Shown here: in pieces, positions 16,478-24,191 of the stretch
How positions within the stretch are numbered: position 1 is the stretch's first letter
Layout of the letters: each line of letters starts with the position of its first letter
Virus record (IMG/VR): IMGVR_UViG_3300044986_000567
Span: 1-30,691 of that record
Length of the DNA: 30,691 bases
Direction: 5' to 3' (one strand)
DNA from: a virus
Lineage: Duplodnaviria > Caudoviricetes
Position numbers and translations under genes: made by a program
The notes under the pieces: generated by a model
What the model was told of the DNA's origin: nothing
Seen by the model: the letters and a program-made list of their open reading frames with translations, nothing else
Database searches by the model: none

Positions 16478-16504
16478 CAACAACTTTTTTACGAGGACAA
16501 AAAC

Positions 16505-16846
16505 ATGGGAAAAATTGCACTAACAGACGGTTCAGGATCTTGGTTCGATGATGACAAGGCAATTGAATTCGGTGAAGAAGTAACACACGACGGCAGAAAC
16601 TACATCAGCTTGTCGACAGGAAGCGAGTGGGAGCATGAAACACTGTACTACACTAAGTCCGGCAATTGGGTCAAGCATTGGACAAGTCAGTGGGCAGGCA
16701 ACCAAGATACCTACGAGCAGTTATCAACAGAGGACGCAGTAGCGTGGCTTGTCATTAATGAGTACATGGAGCATGATCGACTCAATGAATTGCCAGCCGC
16801 AATTCGAGAACAGGTAAATGAAATCTTTGCTGGTAAGGAAATCTAA
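16505..16846 (+). CDS. hypothetical protein (ETLYxTKSGxW family)
   Basis: GAGGA RBS. HETLYYTKSGNWV...LSTEDAVAWL. Confidence 0.7.
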   Translation: MGKIALTDGSGSWFDDDKAIEFGEEVTHDGRNYISLSTGSEWEHETLYYTKSGNWVKHWTSQWAGNQDTYEQLSTEDAVAWLVINEYMEHDRLNELPAAIREQVNEIFAGKEI

Positions 16847-16873
16847 TATCTACAAGTACCTCAGGTGATCACG

Positions 16874-17146
16874 ATGAGTAGTGTCAAAAGAATTACGCAA
16901 GACTACGTTTCCAGTTTGAAGTTTCATTCGTCTCCAGAAAGCGGAGGCCAGATTGTATTGGAGTATCACGCCGTGGATGAGGACGGTCTCTGGTGTCGTC
17001 GATACGATCAAAGCGACCGAACATCGACGTATTATTTCGCCAAGTATCCAGACGATGCGACAGAGCAAGACATGGTTTTCGAACCGTGGAACTGCGTGTT
17101 GCCCAACCATGACGACTGGCAATCAGTTGTTATTGAAGAAATTTAA
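16874..17146 (+). CDS. hypothetical protein
   Basis: AGGTG RBS. Confidence 0.55.
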   Translation: MSSVKRITQDYVSSLKFHSSPESGGQIVLEYHAVDEDGLWCRRYDQSDRTSTYYFAKYPDDATEQDMVFEPWNCVLPNHDDWQSVVIEEI

Positions 17147-17159
17147 GGACATAAGCAAC

Positions 17160-17381
17160 ATGGACAAAGCGACTGTTGATCTTCTGAAAAGAATTCGCGA
17201 TTGGTTTTTTGCTTACAACTACAAGTATGACGATCGATTAGCTAGGGATATGGTTAGAGATATATCAGATTCGATCAACATCGCTGAGGGAAATGTGTTT
17301 TGTTGCGAAACCTGTGGCGCGGATACAGATGAGGCGACGGTCTGCTGTGAACAGTGTCGCATGAGTCAAGATTATAAATGA
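17160..17381 (+). CDS. small Zn-ribbon protein
   Basis: AAGGA RBS. CETC...CEQC. Confidence 0.6.
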   Translation: MDKATVDLLKRIRDWFFAYNYKYDDRLARDMVRDISDSINIAEGNVFCCETCGADTDEATVCCEQCRMSQDYK

Positions 17382-17398
17382 TAACCAGATTCTTACTT

Positions 17399-17750
17399 GC
17401 CTTCACCGCCGGGATAGGCTCCGGCTTTTTCACTTGGAGTAGAGACAATGAGCAACAAAAGTGGCACATGGACAGCAAAGCAATTGATCGCATTGTCGAG
17501 GAAAGAACATCGCACTGTCACTGAGTATCCGGATAACGAAACAGGATTCGCGTCGCTGTGTGAATACCTGAGTCGGAGAAGCTGCGAGACAGTGTCCGTG
17601 AGCGGCGAAGGATATTGTGGCTGTGAAGCACGAGGCTGGGTGCGGTACATCGGCAAGCAATGGATTGTTGATATTGTGCGACCTGAGTAGTTTATTTTCG
17701 CCTTTCACCGGGATAGGCTCCGGCAATTTCACTTAGGAGAATAGACGATG
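17399..17750 (+). repeat. duplicated hairpin-RBS-ATG leader (2 copies)
   Basis: CCGGGATAGGCTCCGGC identical at 17409-17425 and 17708-17724. Each is followed by TTTCACTT(A)GGAG..AGAC.ATG. Confidence 0.85.
17448..17690 (+). CDS. hypothetical protein
   Basis: GGAG RBS in the repeated leader. Confidence 0.65.
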   Translation: MSNKSGTWTAKQLIALSRKEHRTVTEYPDNETGFASLCEYLSRRSCETVSVSGEGYCGCEARGWVRYIGKQWIVDIVRPE

Positions 17751-17912
17751 ACATCTGAAAAACTTCGACAACTATCCTGCGACATGAATGAACCAAAAAA
17801 CAAGCTAATAAAAATCCTGAATAATTTAGAATCGCAAAATAAACAACATGCGGGCGACCTTGAGAAGCTGATTATCAAGCTTGAAATTTTGCAGGATAAA
17901 ATGACAAAGTGA
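17748..17912 (+). CDS. hypothetical 54-aa helical protein (not in ORF track)
   Basis: AGGAG RBS. MTSEKLRQLSCDMNEPKNKLIKILNNLESQNKQHAGDLEKLIIKLEILQDKMTK. Confidence 0.6.
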   Translation: MTSEKLRQLSCDMNEPKNKLIKILNNLESQNKQHAGDLEKLIIKLEILQDKMTK

Positions 17913-17954
17913 GAAAGAAGAGATCGAACTATCTACACTGAAAGGAACGCGAGA

Positions 17955-18347
17955 ATGAATTACGTTGATGGTTTCATAAGTCACGAAGAAGAGAAAGGAA
18001 GCACGACCGAACAGGATTGCATAGCAAAACTAATCTACGATAACTTCCTTATGAAACTATTGAGACTAAAACGGAAATGCAGCTACTGGCTTATAGATAC
18101 CAAGGACAACAATGATACACCAGCAGTAATCGTCGAGAAACACGGTGAACTTTTCAATCGATGGCGAGCCTACATCGAAGATCGCGAAGTACTGTTATGT
18201 GAAAACCATCGCACAAGAAAATCTTGCGTGGCTATGGCAGAATTCAAGCTTGCTAATTATCTAGCTCAATGCACAACTGCCAAAAAACATCAACTGTTAT
18301 CATCAGGATCTTGTGATGCACTCGACAATCGACAGGAACAATACTGA
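17955..18347 (+). CDS. hypothetical protein
   Basis: AAGGA RBS. Confidence 0.55.
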   Translation: MNYVDGFISHEEEKGSTTEQDCIAKLIYDNFLMKLLRLKRKCSYWLIDTKDNNDTPAVIVEKHGELFNRWRAYIEDREVLLCENHRTRKSCVAMAEFKLANYLAQCTTAKKHQLLSSGSCDALDNRQEQY

Positions 18348-18460
18348 TTCTTTTAAGTACGATGATGGTGGGCGATCTCAAGCTAAAAGATAAGACCCCA
18401 ATCAGAGACTAAGGTGTCTATTTTAAAGTCGGACTATACCAATATTTTGAGAGAGACTGC

Positions 18461-18652
18461 ATGTTAATTATTAAAAAGTTCAATGGGGAGGAGATAGAAG
18501 TTGAGGGCGTTTCTGAGATTCGTTTAGGCGATATTGTAATTGAGGCCGGTGGCTGGGGTGCTGGTCTTCGTGTTACCCTTCCTCCTTCTATGACTACGGT
18601 TTCTGTGTCGAGTCTCAATGATGGTTGTTTGGTAGTTAGACTCGGGTATTAA
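18461..18652 (+). CDS. hypothetical protein
   Basis: 63-aa ORF with GAGAG RBS. Confidence 0.5.
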   Translation: MLIIKKFNGEEIEVEGVSEIRLGDIVIEAGGWGAGLRVTLPPSMTTVSVSSLNDGCLVVRLGY

Positions 18653-18684
18653 GCGAATAGCCAGTGAGATTAACATGACTCACA

Positions 18685-18753
18685 CCGCTAGAAGTCGGCG
18701 GCTTAGACAGATCGACAAGACTAGACTCGTGGGTTCGACTCCCACCTAGCGGT
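18685..18753 (+). ncRNA. tRNA-like element without a recognisable anticodon arm
   Basis: Acceptor CCGCTAG/CTAGCGG. T-arm GTGGG-TTCGACT-CCCAC. Short D-arm GTC/GAC. The central 19 nt do not form a 5-7-5 stem-loop. Confidence 0.6.
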
Positions 18754-18763
18754 ATTTTTTATC

Positions 18764-18793
18764 TTGACAGTAGGGATATCTCTACGCTAGACT
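18764..18793 (+). promoter_or_regulatory. sigma70-like promoter
   Basis: TTGACA-N18-TAGACT upstream of the AAGGAG RBS of the GNAT gene. Confidence 0.5.
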
Positions 18794-18818
18794 GACACGA
18801 CGGAAAAGGAGTGGTTGT

Positions 18819-19313
18819 ATGGACATGATGACTAGATGGATGATTGTTGCGGATCTACCGCAGGTCGTGGCTATAGAAAGCCAATGCTTCGAGGATGCGA
18901 TGAACGCCGACCAGATACGTGAGTATCTTAGGGTGCGAAACAATATCGGCATGGTCGCCGTCGATAGTCAGGACAGCAAGATCCTTGGCTATATCATTTA
19001 TGAACTACTCGACGATCGGTTCGAGGTACTACGCTTGGCTGTTGATTTAAGACATCAACGGCAAGGTGTCGGTAAAGCACTGCTGCGAACGATCGAACGC
19101 AAGCTGACACCCGAGCGACGTAGACGGATCTGCATCATGGTCAATGAGTCTATGCTACCCACTCACTTGTTCCTAAGGGCTACGGGATATCGAGCGACTT
19201 CGATCCAGGGAAATGAGTACTACTTTTTCAAGGGTGTCACATGGAACAGCAAGGGTCAAATAGAAACATCACCACCGACGAGTACATCGCCATCGAAGCA
19301 GCCAAGATGTTAG
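18819..19313 (+). CDS. rimI: RimI-like GNAT acetyltransferase
   Basis: RWMIVADLPQVVAIE, LRVRNNIGMVA, GYIIYEL, LAVDLRHQRQGVGKALL (motif A). Confidence 0.8.
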   Translation: MDMMTRWMIVADLPQVVAIESQCFEDAMNADQIREYLRVRNNIGMVAVDSQDSKILGYIIYELLDDRFEVLRLAVDLRHQRQGVGKALLRTIERKLTPERRRRICIMVNESMLPTHLFLRATGYRATSIQGNEYYFFKGVTWNSKGQIETSPPTSTSPSKQPRC

Positions 19314-19567
19314 TGATCAACTTAATCACCATAATCGATCGTTACTTCTACACGGTGGCGGCGTTACTGCGAGCTGAGGAAAACGAGCTGGAGGTTGTCC
19401 ACGAATACCTACGTGGGAACCTGGATGGAATCGAACTCACCACAAAACTAGGAGTCAAGATCGGTGGGACGCAAGAGCAAGAACAAGGGGAAGCGTGGGG
19501 AGCTGGAGCTGTCGAAGGAACTGATGGGGCTGCTACCGATCACAGCTCGCAGGACGGCTCAGTATAA
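19241..19567 (+). CDS. hypothetical protein
   Basis: AAGGG RBS. Overlaps both neighbours. Confidence 0.5.
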   Translation: MEQQGSNRNITTDEYIAIEAAKMLVINLITIIDRYFYTVAALLRAEENELEVVHEYLRGNLDGIELTTKLGVKIGGTQEQEQGEAWGAGAVEGTDGAATDHSSQDGSV

Positions 19568-19913
19568 CGGGAAGGCTGGCGACTCAGATGTTGTGGGTAT
19601 CCCAGGTATCCATATCGAGTGCAAGAGGGAGGAACGCTTATCGATCTACCCAGCGATCGAGCAAGCGGTCTTTGACAGTAAGGGGCAAGGATGCCCTGCT
19701 GTTTTCCATCGTCGCAACCATAAGCCATGGCTTGTGACATTTCGTCTGGATGACATTCTCGATTTTGTAAACTCCATCAATAGGGCTCTAAACCATGCTG
19801 ACCAATGCTGTACCACGGCAACTGCTATCGAGGTTATTGCGCCGTATGTCGCAAGTCATACCAACCAGCAGCCCGAAGGAAGTGCTAACCAAGATCAAGA
19901 TCGTATTTCGTGA
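19464..19913 (+). CDS. PD-(D/E)xK Holliday junction resolvase (Hjc-like phage family)
   Basis: SKNKGKRGELE, SDVVG, HIECKREE, AIEQA, AVFHRRNHKPWLV. AGGAG RBS. Confidence 0.8.
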   Translation: MGRKSKNKGKRGELELSKELMGLLPITARRTAQYNGKAGDSDVVGIPGIHIECKREERLSIYPAIEQAVFDSKGQGCPAVFHRRNHKPWLVTFRLDDILDFVNSINRALNHADQCCTTATAIEVIAPYVASHTNQQPEGSANQDQDRIS

Positions 19914-20871
19914 GTCGGAGATTCACCTACACGGTACAGATCTAGCTCAGTATCTAACGCTGATCGCACCTTGCGAAACGACGGAGCCAGGCATTGCACT
20001 ACTGGCTTACTCTGACCTGCGCGATATTGTCTCTCGCATGACGGGCGATAACGTAGAGCTAACGCTAGACGGCAAAGTGGTAGGCATCACCGATAGCCGA
20101 GCAAGCTTCGAACTGCAAGTGCATAGCGATCTAAATGAGTTCCCAGGTGCGTGCGACTGGAGCCGTGTCTACACCACACAAATCGACTCTGAGCAGCTAT
20201 GCCAGTGCTTAGAGTCGGTGATACATTGTATCGACAAAGAGTCTACGAGGTTCGCGCTTAACGCCGTATACATCGAAGGCTCGAAGGAAGAGGGTGTCTT
20301 GCGATTCACGGCAACAGACGGTCGTAGGATAACCTGGATCGAGGTGCCATCGGAATGCGAAACCTTCACTGCACTACTGCCTGCTCAATCAGCCAAGGCT
20401 ATTATAGAGATTGTCGATGAGCAGATAAGCTGTCGGCTCTGCATAGGTGAAAGTTGGGTAGGCATTGAAGCGGATAACATGAGCTTCCTATGCCGACGAG
20501 CGGAAGGTCGCTTTCCTTCGACGAAGACTTTTCGCGAAATGACCAAAACAACCTTTCGTTACAGCGAGGCCAGCCTAGCCGAACTAAAGACGATTGCAAA
20601 TCAAGCAGCGGTTGTGTCTATGGAGGATCAGATGGGCGTGACACTTCAGTTTACTTCCACTGAGATCATAGCAACACATCAGTCACCCAAGGCCAAGTAT
20701 AGGGCAACGACACCATGCAATCATGCACAGGCCAAGGTAACGATCAACTCAATCTATCTTCAGCAGGCTCTGTCAAGGTGCAAGTCGGTTGCGGTAGCCA
20801 GTGATGGCGCTGCACTCAGCATCATGCGAGACGGCAACTGCTTCGAGATCATACAGGGGTTTGCATCGTGA
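19795..20871 (+). CDS. dnaN: beta sliding clamp, paralogue 2 (divergent)
   Basis: 358 aa. LHGTDLAQYL, ESTRFALNAVYI, FTATDGRRI, RRAEGRFP. Lacks the C-terminal LMPM. Confidence 0.85.
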   Translation: MLTNAVPRQLLSRLLRRMSQVIPTSSPKEVLTKIKIVFRESEIHLHGTDLAQYLTLIAPCETTEPGIALLAYSDLRDIVSRMTGDNVELTLDGKVVGITDSRASFELQVHSDLNEFPGACDWSRVYTTQIDSEQLCQCLESVIHCIDKESTRFALNAVYIEGSKEEGVLRFTATDGRRITWIEVPSECETFTALLPAQSAKAIIEIVDEQISCRLCIGESWVGIEADNMSFLCRRAEGRFPSTKTFREMTKTTFRYSEASLAELKTIANQAAVVSMEDQMGVTLQFTSTEIIATHQSPKAKYRATTPCNHAQAKVTINSIYLQQALSRCKSVAVASDGAALSIMRDGNCFEIIQGFAS

Positions 20872-21098
20872 GTGACAAAAGGGCTGTTGCAGTCACTAGG
20901 AAGTTTCTGCCTTGGCCATCGTTTCTATCCTACGAGGACGATGACGATTTTTATTCATGGTACACCGGCGAAAGCATGCCATCGCCTGAGGAAATTACTT
21001 CAAGAGAAATGGAGGTTATCGAAATGCGACTGACATCAGAAGAATCTGAAAAATCCATAGTGAACAACCACACCCTATGCAGTCACTGCACAACCTAA
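20868..21098 (+). CDS. hypothetical protein
   Basis: GTGA overlap. PSPEEITSR motif. Confidence 0.5.
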   Translation: MSDKRAVAVTRKFLPWPSFLSYEDDDDFYSWYTGESMPSPEEITSREMEVIEMRLTSEESEKSIVNNHTLCSHCTT

Positions 21099-21125
21099 GC
21101 AGGCGGCCTTATTTCAGGGGAATTG

Positions 21126-21740
21126 ATGATGCAACAGAATCATTTAATAGGGGAGATACCAAAGCACAAGTACGTGTATGTCAAGCCACAATTTTTGACG
21201 GGCACGAAAGGGGCTCTGGTGCCTGCGGTGTGGTTTGGATTGGTCTCACATCCTGGTCGAGCATGGGGTCTCACTGTGCTTCTGGAGTGTGGTGCCGTGT
21301 ATCGGAACCTACCACCACACGCGATCTCATTCTGCGAAACAGGATCACCTGCCAGGACTGCTAGCGATTGCCAGCTATGGGATTGTTACGGCTACGATTT
21401 CACATGCTTAGAGTATTCGTATCTAAGCGGACTGGTATGTCGAGTCAAGATGAAGGACATCGACCTGCGTGGGCGTTACCTGTTCTCAGTAGCACCAGTT
21501 GGTGATGGGTTCTCAGAGAATCCTGCACAAGCAAAAGAGTTTTACTTTGTCGAGTGTAACGATGGTTCGCTGGTCATCGCACCAAATAATCACTGTGTGT
21601 TTACTGAGAAGAGTTTCACCGACAACAAACTTGAATTTCCTGTAGGCATTCTAAGACAAGAAACAATCTATACCGTCGAGAGTAGATCTAAGTTTGATCC
21701 TAAGTTTGGTTGGACAACAGAAGCAAGGAGCCAAGAATGA
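21126..21740 (+). CDS. conserved phage hypothetical protein
   Basis: VWFGLVSHPGRA...ECGAVYRNLP...QLWDCYG...PNNH motifs typical of an environmental phage family. Confidence 0.7.
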   Translation: MMQQNHLIGEIPKHKYVYVKPQFLTGTKGALVPAVWFGLVSHPGRAWGLTVLLECGAVYRNLPPHAISFCETGSPARTASDCQLWDCYGYDFTCLEYSYLSGLVCRVKMKDIDLRGRYLFSVAPVGDGFSENPAQAKEFYFVECNDGSLVIAPNNHCVFTEKSFTDNKLEFPVGILRQETIYTVESRSKFDPKFGWTTEARSQE

Positions 21741-22129
21741 ACATCAAAGAATTTGAAGATAAATGTCTACGGACTGAGGCTGACGATCATGCAAGCCAAG
21801 CAGCTCGCGCAGCCAACAACATACGACTATTGCATGGGGCAACCGGCATCGCTACTGAAGCTGGTGAACTGCTCGACCAAGTGAAGAAACATATTTTTTA
21901 TGGCAAGCCACTTGATCGAGTCAACGTACTGGAAGAGTGCGGTGACGTAATCTGGTACGTGGTGCTGGCGCTCAATGCCACAGGCTACTCTCTACAGGAT
22001 GTTATCGATACGCTAATACCAAAGCTGGAGGCAAGGTATGCCAAGAAACGATTTACCGAATCCGAAGCGATCCACCGAGACCTCAACACAGAACGATCCG
22101 CCCTGGAAGCCAAATCACTTCGAGATTGA
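21737..22129 (+). CDS. mazG: MazG-like NTP pyrophosphohydrolase
   Basis: GIATEAGELLDQVKK..FYG...LEECGDVIWY (ExxE...ExxD). AAGGAG RBS, ATGA overlap. Confidence 0.85.
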   Translation: MNIKEFEDKCLRTEADDHASQAARAANNIRLLHGATGIATEAGELLDQVKKHIFYGKPLDRVNVLEECGDVIWYVVLALNATGYSLQDVIDTLIPKLEARYAKKRFTESEAIHRDLNTERSALEAKSLRD

Positions 22130-22307
22130 ACGCCGACTACGAGAGATAAAAGCTCGCAAGCAAATAGATTCTGAACCGATAGACAACTTCCGCCAGATAG
22201 ATCCCAGTCGCGCACGTCGCTGCAAAGGCTGCGACAAACGCATTTACATATTTCCCTGTATTTACTGCCTCCGAAAAGAGAATCTTTATGGCAAAAGAAA
22301 AGATTGA
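22038..22307 (+). CDS. small Zn-finger protein
   Basis: GGAGG RBS. CKGC...PCIYC. Confidence 0.6.
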   Translation: MPRNDLPNPKRSTETSTQNDPPWKPNHFEIERRLREIKARKQIDSEPIDNFRQIDPSRARRCKGCDKRIYIFPCIYCLRKENLYGKRKD

Positions 22308-22533
22308 GCTGCACCCATGTAGCTACTTCGACTGCGAAAACTGCGGTCATCGAAACATAGTAATGCCAATCGTTTCCCATCCTGGAGAAGCACTCTGGCT
22401 TCAGGTAGCACAACAGAACAACCTACCAGAAGAATTCAATGAGTCGCTTATTTTCCATCCCGAAATTGTTCAGTGCTCGGAGTGCGATAGTGAGTACCAA
22501 GCCCAGGCACCACATACTGACAATCAGAACTAA
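22288..22533 (+). CDS. Zn-ribbon protein
   Basis: FDCENCG...VQCSEC. Confidence 0.65.
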   Translation: MAKEKIELHPCSYFDCENCGHRNIVMPIVSHPGEALWLQVAQQNNLPEEFNESLIFHPEIVQCSECDSEYQAQAPHTDNQN

Positions 22534-23392
22534 CGAATCTCCAAGAGAACTAAAACCAGTGTGGCAGGAGTCTCCTCCTTGCGTGATGCGAGCACTGCCG
22601 AATTGGGTTGTTTGGCGAATATGGCATCGAGACGGTGCTGAAATCAAAGTCCCGATAGATCCCCGCACTGAGGAGCCAGCAAAAACCAACAACCCAACGA
22701 CGTGGCGTGGCTACGACGAGGCATATCAACGATTCCTCCAGCGAGGAAACCGCTACGAGGGTCTAGGTTTTATCTTAGGCGACGGCAATGGACTATTTGG
22801 TATAGACCTGGATGGCTGCGTACATGGTAAGACACTTGCCCCTTGGGCCTGCTCGATCCTAGATCGATTCCATAGTTACGTAGAAATAAGCCCAAGCGGT
22901 ACTGGCATCAAACTGTATGGCATAGGTGATGTACCTTCTGGGATTCGGCTCAAGGCAAAAATCGACGCACCTAACGTCACGGGCAAGAATCCTGGCTTGG
23001 AAGTCTATGGTCGCAATAGGTTTTTTGCTTTTACTTCGAAGCGAATCAACTGGCATACCCAGATACATGATTGCTCTGACGCTTTGGACAAACTCCTAAG
23101 GCGCATGCAGCCCAAGACACTAGATCCAGTTATGACTCCTCGGAGGAATAAAAAGGATGTAACTGAATACACTGTCCAGAAAGCCCGAAACTGGCTCATA
23201 GCACACGGCCCTGCCGTTGCAGGACAATTCGGTCACACCCATACCTACACTGCGGCATTGGCTCTCTTAGACGGATTTGGACTGAGTGAACAGAGCACTC
23301 TTGATTTACTAATGGAATGGAATAACACCTGCCGTCCACCCTGGAGCCAGCGCGATCTAATACGCAAGATCGAACAAGCGAAAAAAAGATGA
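22439..23392 (+). CDS. AEP primase-polymerase with PriCT-like C-terminal domain (no fused helicase)
   Basis: WVVWR, KVPIDP, NNPTTW, GLGFILG, GIDLDGC, YVEISPSGTG, LEVY...RF. C-terminal EWNNTCRPPWS..DL..KI. The start may lie further downstream. Confidence 0.85.
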   Translation: MSRLFSIPKLFSARSAIVSTKPRHHILTIRTNESPRELKPVWQESPPCVMRALPNWVVWRIWHRDGAEIKVPIDPRTEEPAKTNNPTTWRGYDEAYQRFLQRGNRYEGLGFILGDGNGLFGIDLDGCVHGKTLAPWACSILDRFHSYVEISPSGTGIKLYGIGDVPSGIRLKAKIDAPNVTGKNPGLEVYGRNRFFAFTSKRINWHTQIHDCSDALDKLLRRMQPKTLDPVMTPRRNKKDVTEYTVQKARNWLIAHGPAVAGQFGHTHTYTAALALLDGFGLSEQSTLDLLMEWNNTCRPPWSQRDLIRKIEQAKKR

Positions 23393-23422
23393 ACAATTTT
23401 TGAATTTATTGAATACAACTAA

Positions 23423-23461
23423 TTGCCTACAACCCGTAACAGTGCGTACACTACGTAGTGT
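23423..23461 (+). promoter_or_regulatory. sigma70-like promoter overlapped by perfect 14-bp palindrome
   Basis: TTGCCT-N18-TACACT. ACACTACGTAGTGT at 23448-23461. Confidence 0.5.
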
Positions 23462-23473
23462 TATCACCAACTA

Positions 23474-23543
23474 CGATCGATAGGTCAGTGGTAGACCAAC
23501 CTCCTTGCTTTGGGTAACGCAGGTTCGATTCCTGCTCGATCGG
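23474..23543 (+). tRNA. atypical tRNA / tRNA-like (nominal anticodon TGC)
   Basis: Acceptor CGATCGA/TCGATCG. D-arm GGTC-AGTGGTA-GACC. T-arm GCAGG-TTCGATT-CCTGC. Anticodon arm ACCTC-CTTGCTT-TGGGT is imperfect with U37 and no G3:U70. Confidence 0.65.
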
Positions 23544-24090
23544 TTAGCAGCCACGGCTAGGACAGTGGGCGTGGAAATCCGCACGCTAAAAAAGGAGCCT
23601 GAGCAAGCTACGTCATTGTGCCCTTAAAGGGGCTTCCGGATCTAAATCTGGCTTGGCGTAGGAAGAACCTTAAAGGGTATCGACCGGCTTGTGATGAGGG
23701 ACTTGAGTGATGGACGGGTAGGCGAAAGCTGAGACACTTCAGCGTCACTCTCGAAATCGTGTTCACTGGGGGGAGCCGACGAAGAACACAGGATAGGTCT
23801 AAGGAAGAGATCCGAGTCGGGGGCTAGGCATTTTTCTAGTCGAAGCAGCTTCCAGGTCGTACGGTATAATGCGCCAGTACGATGCACACTATCCACATTT
23901 TATCGCCATAAGAGCGTACTTGTAGTTTTGATAGCTGTGCAGACACAACTTCGTTTTACCACTTGGTAGCGGGGAGTTGTATGTCTGCGCACCGACAAAG
24001 CTTCCATCAACTTTTTAGGAAGCCAATGAGTCGGTGTATTTCTAACTTACCCTTAGGTTATCTGGTTGGAATCAATACACCAGTAACCAA
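23544..24090 (+). ncRNA. candidate large structured non-coding RNA
   Basis: No credible ORF. More than 10 stems, several with G-U pairs on the + strand, and a GAAA tetraloop. Confidence 0.55.
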
Positions 24091-24191
24091 TACATCCTCA
24101 CTATAGTTAGAAGAGGATCGTGGGATGCGCGCGCGCGTGATGCTTTTCGAAGAAACCTTCTGGTTTGGAACAATACAGGGGGAAGCCAATT

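Noticed and set aside
18461-18652. second CsrA (starts MLIIKKFNGEEI)
   Set aside because: It lacks the GIxAP and R-E motifs. Similarity is limited to the N-terminus.
23642-23896. 84-aa minus-strand ORF
   Set aside because: It has no RBS or recognisable motif, runs opposite to the local gene flow and lies within the structured tract.
23544-24090. RNase P RNA, tmRNA or group I/II intron
   Set aside because: No GAGGAAAGUCC, no tmRNA ends or tag, and no P7 or domain V signatures were recognised.
24127-24137. GCGCGCGCGCG run (Z-DNA)
   Set aside because: It is short, occurs once and has no supporting context.
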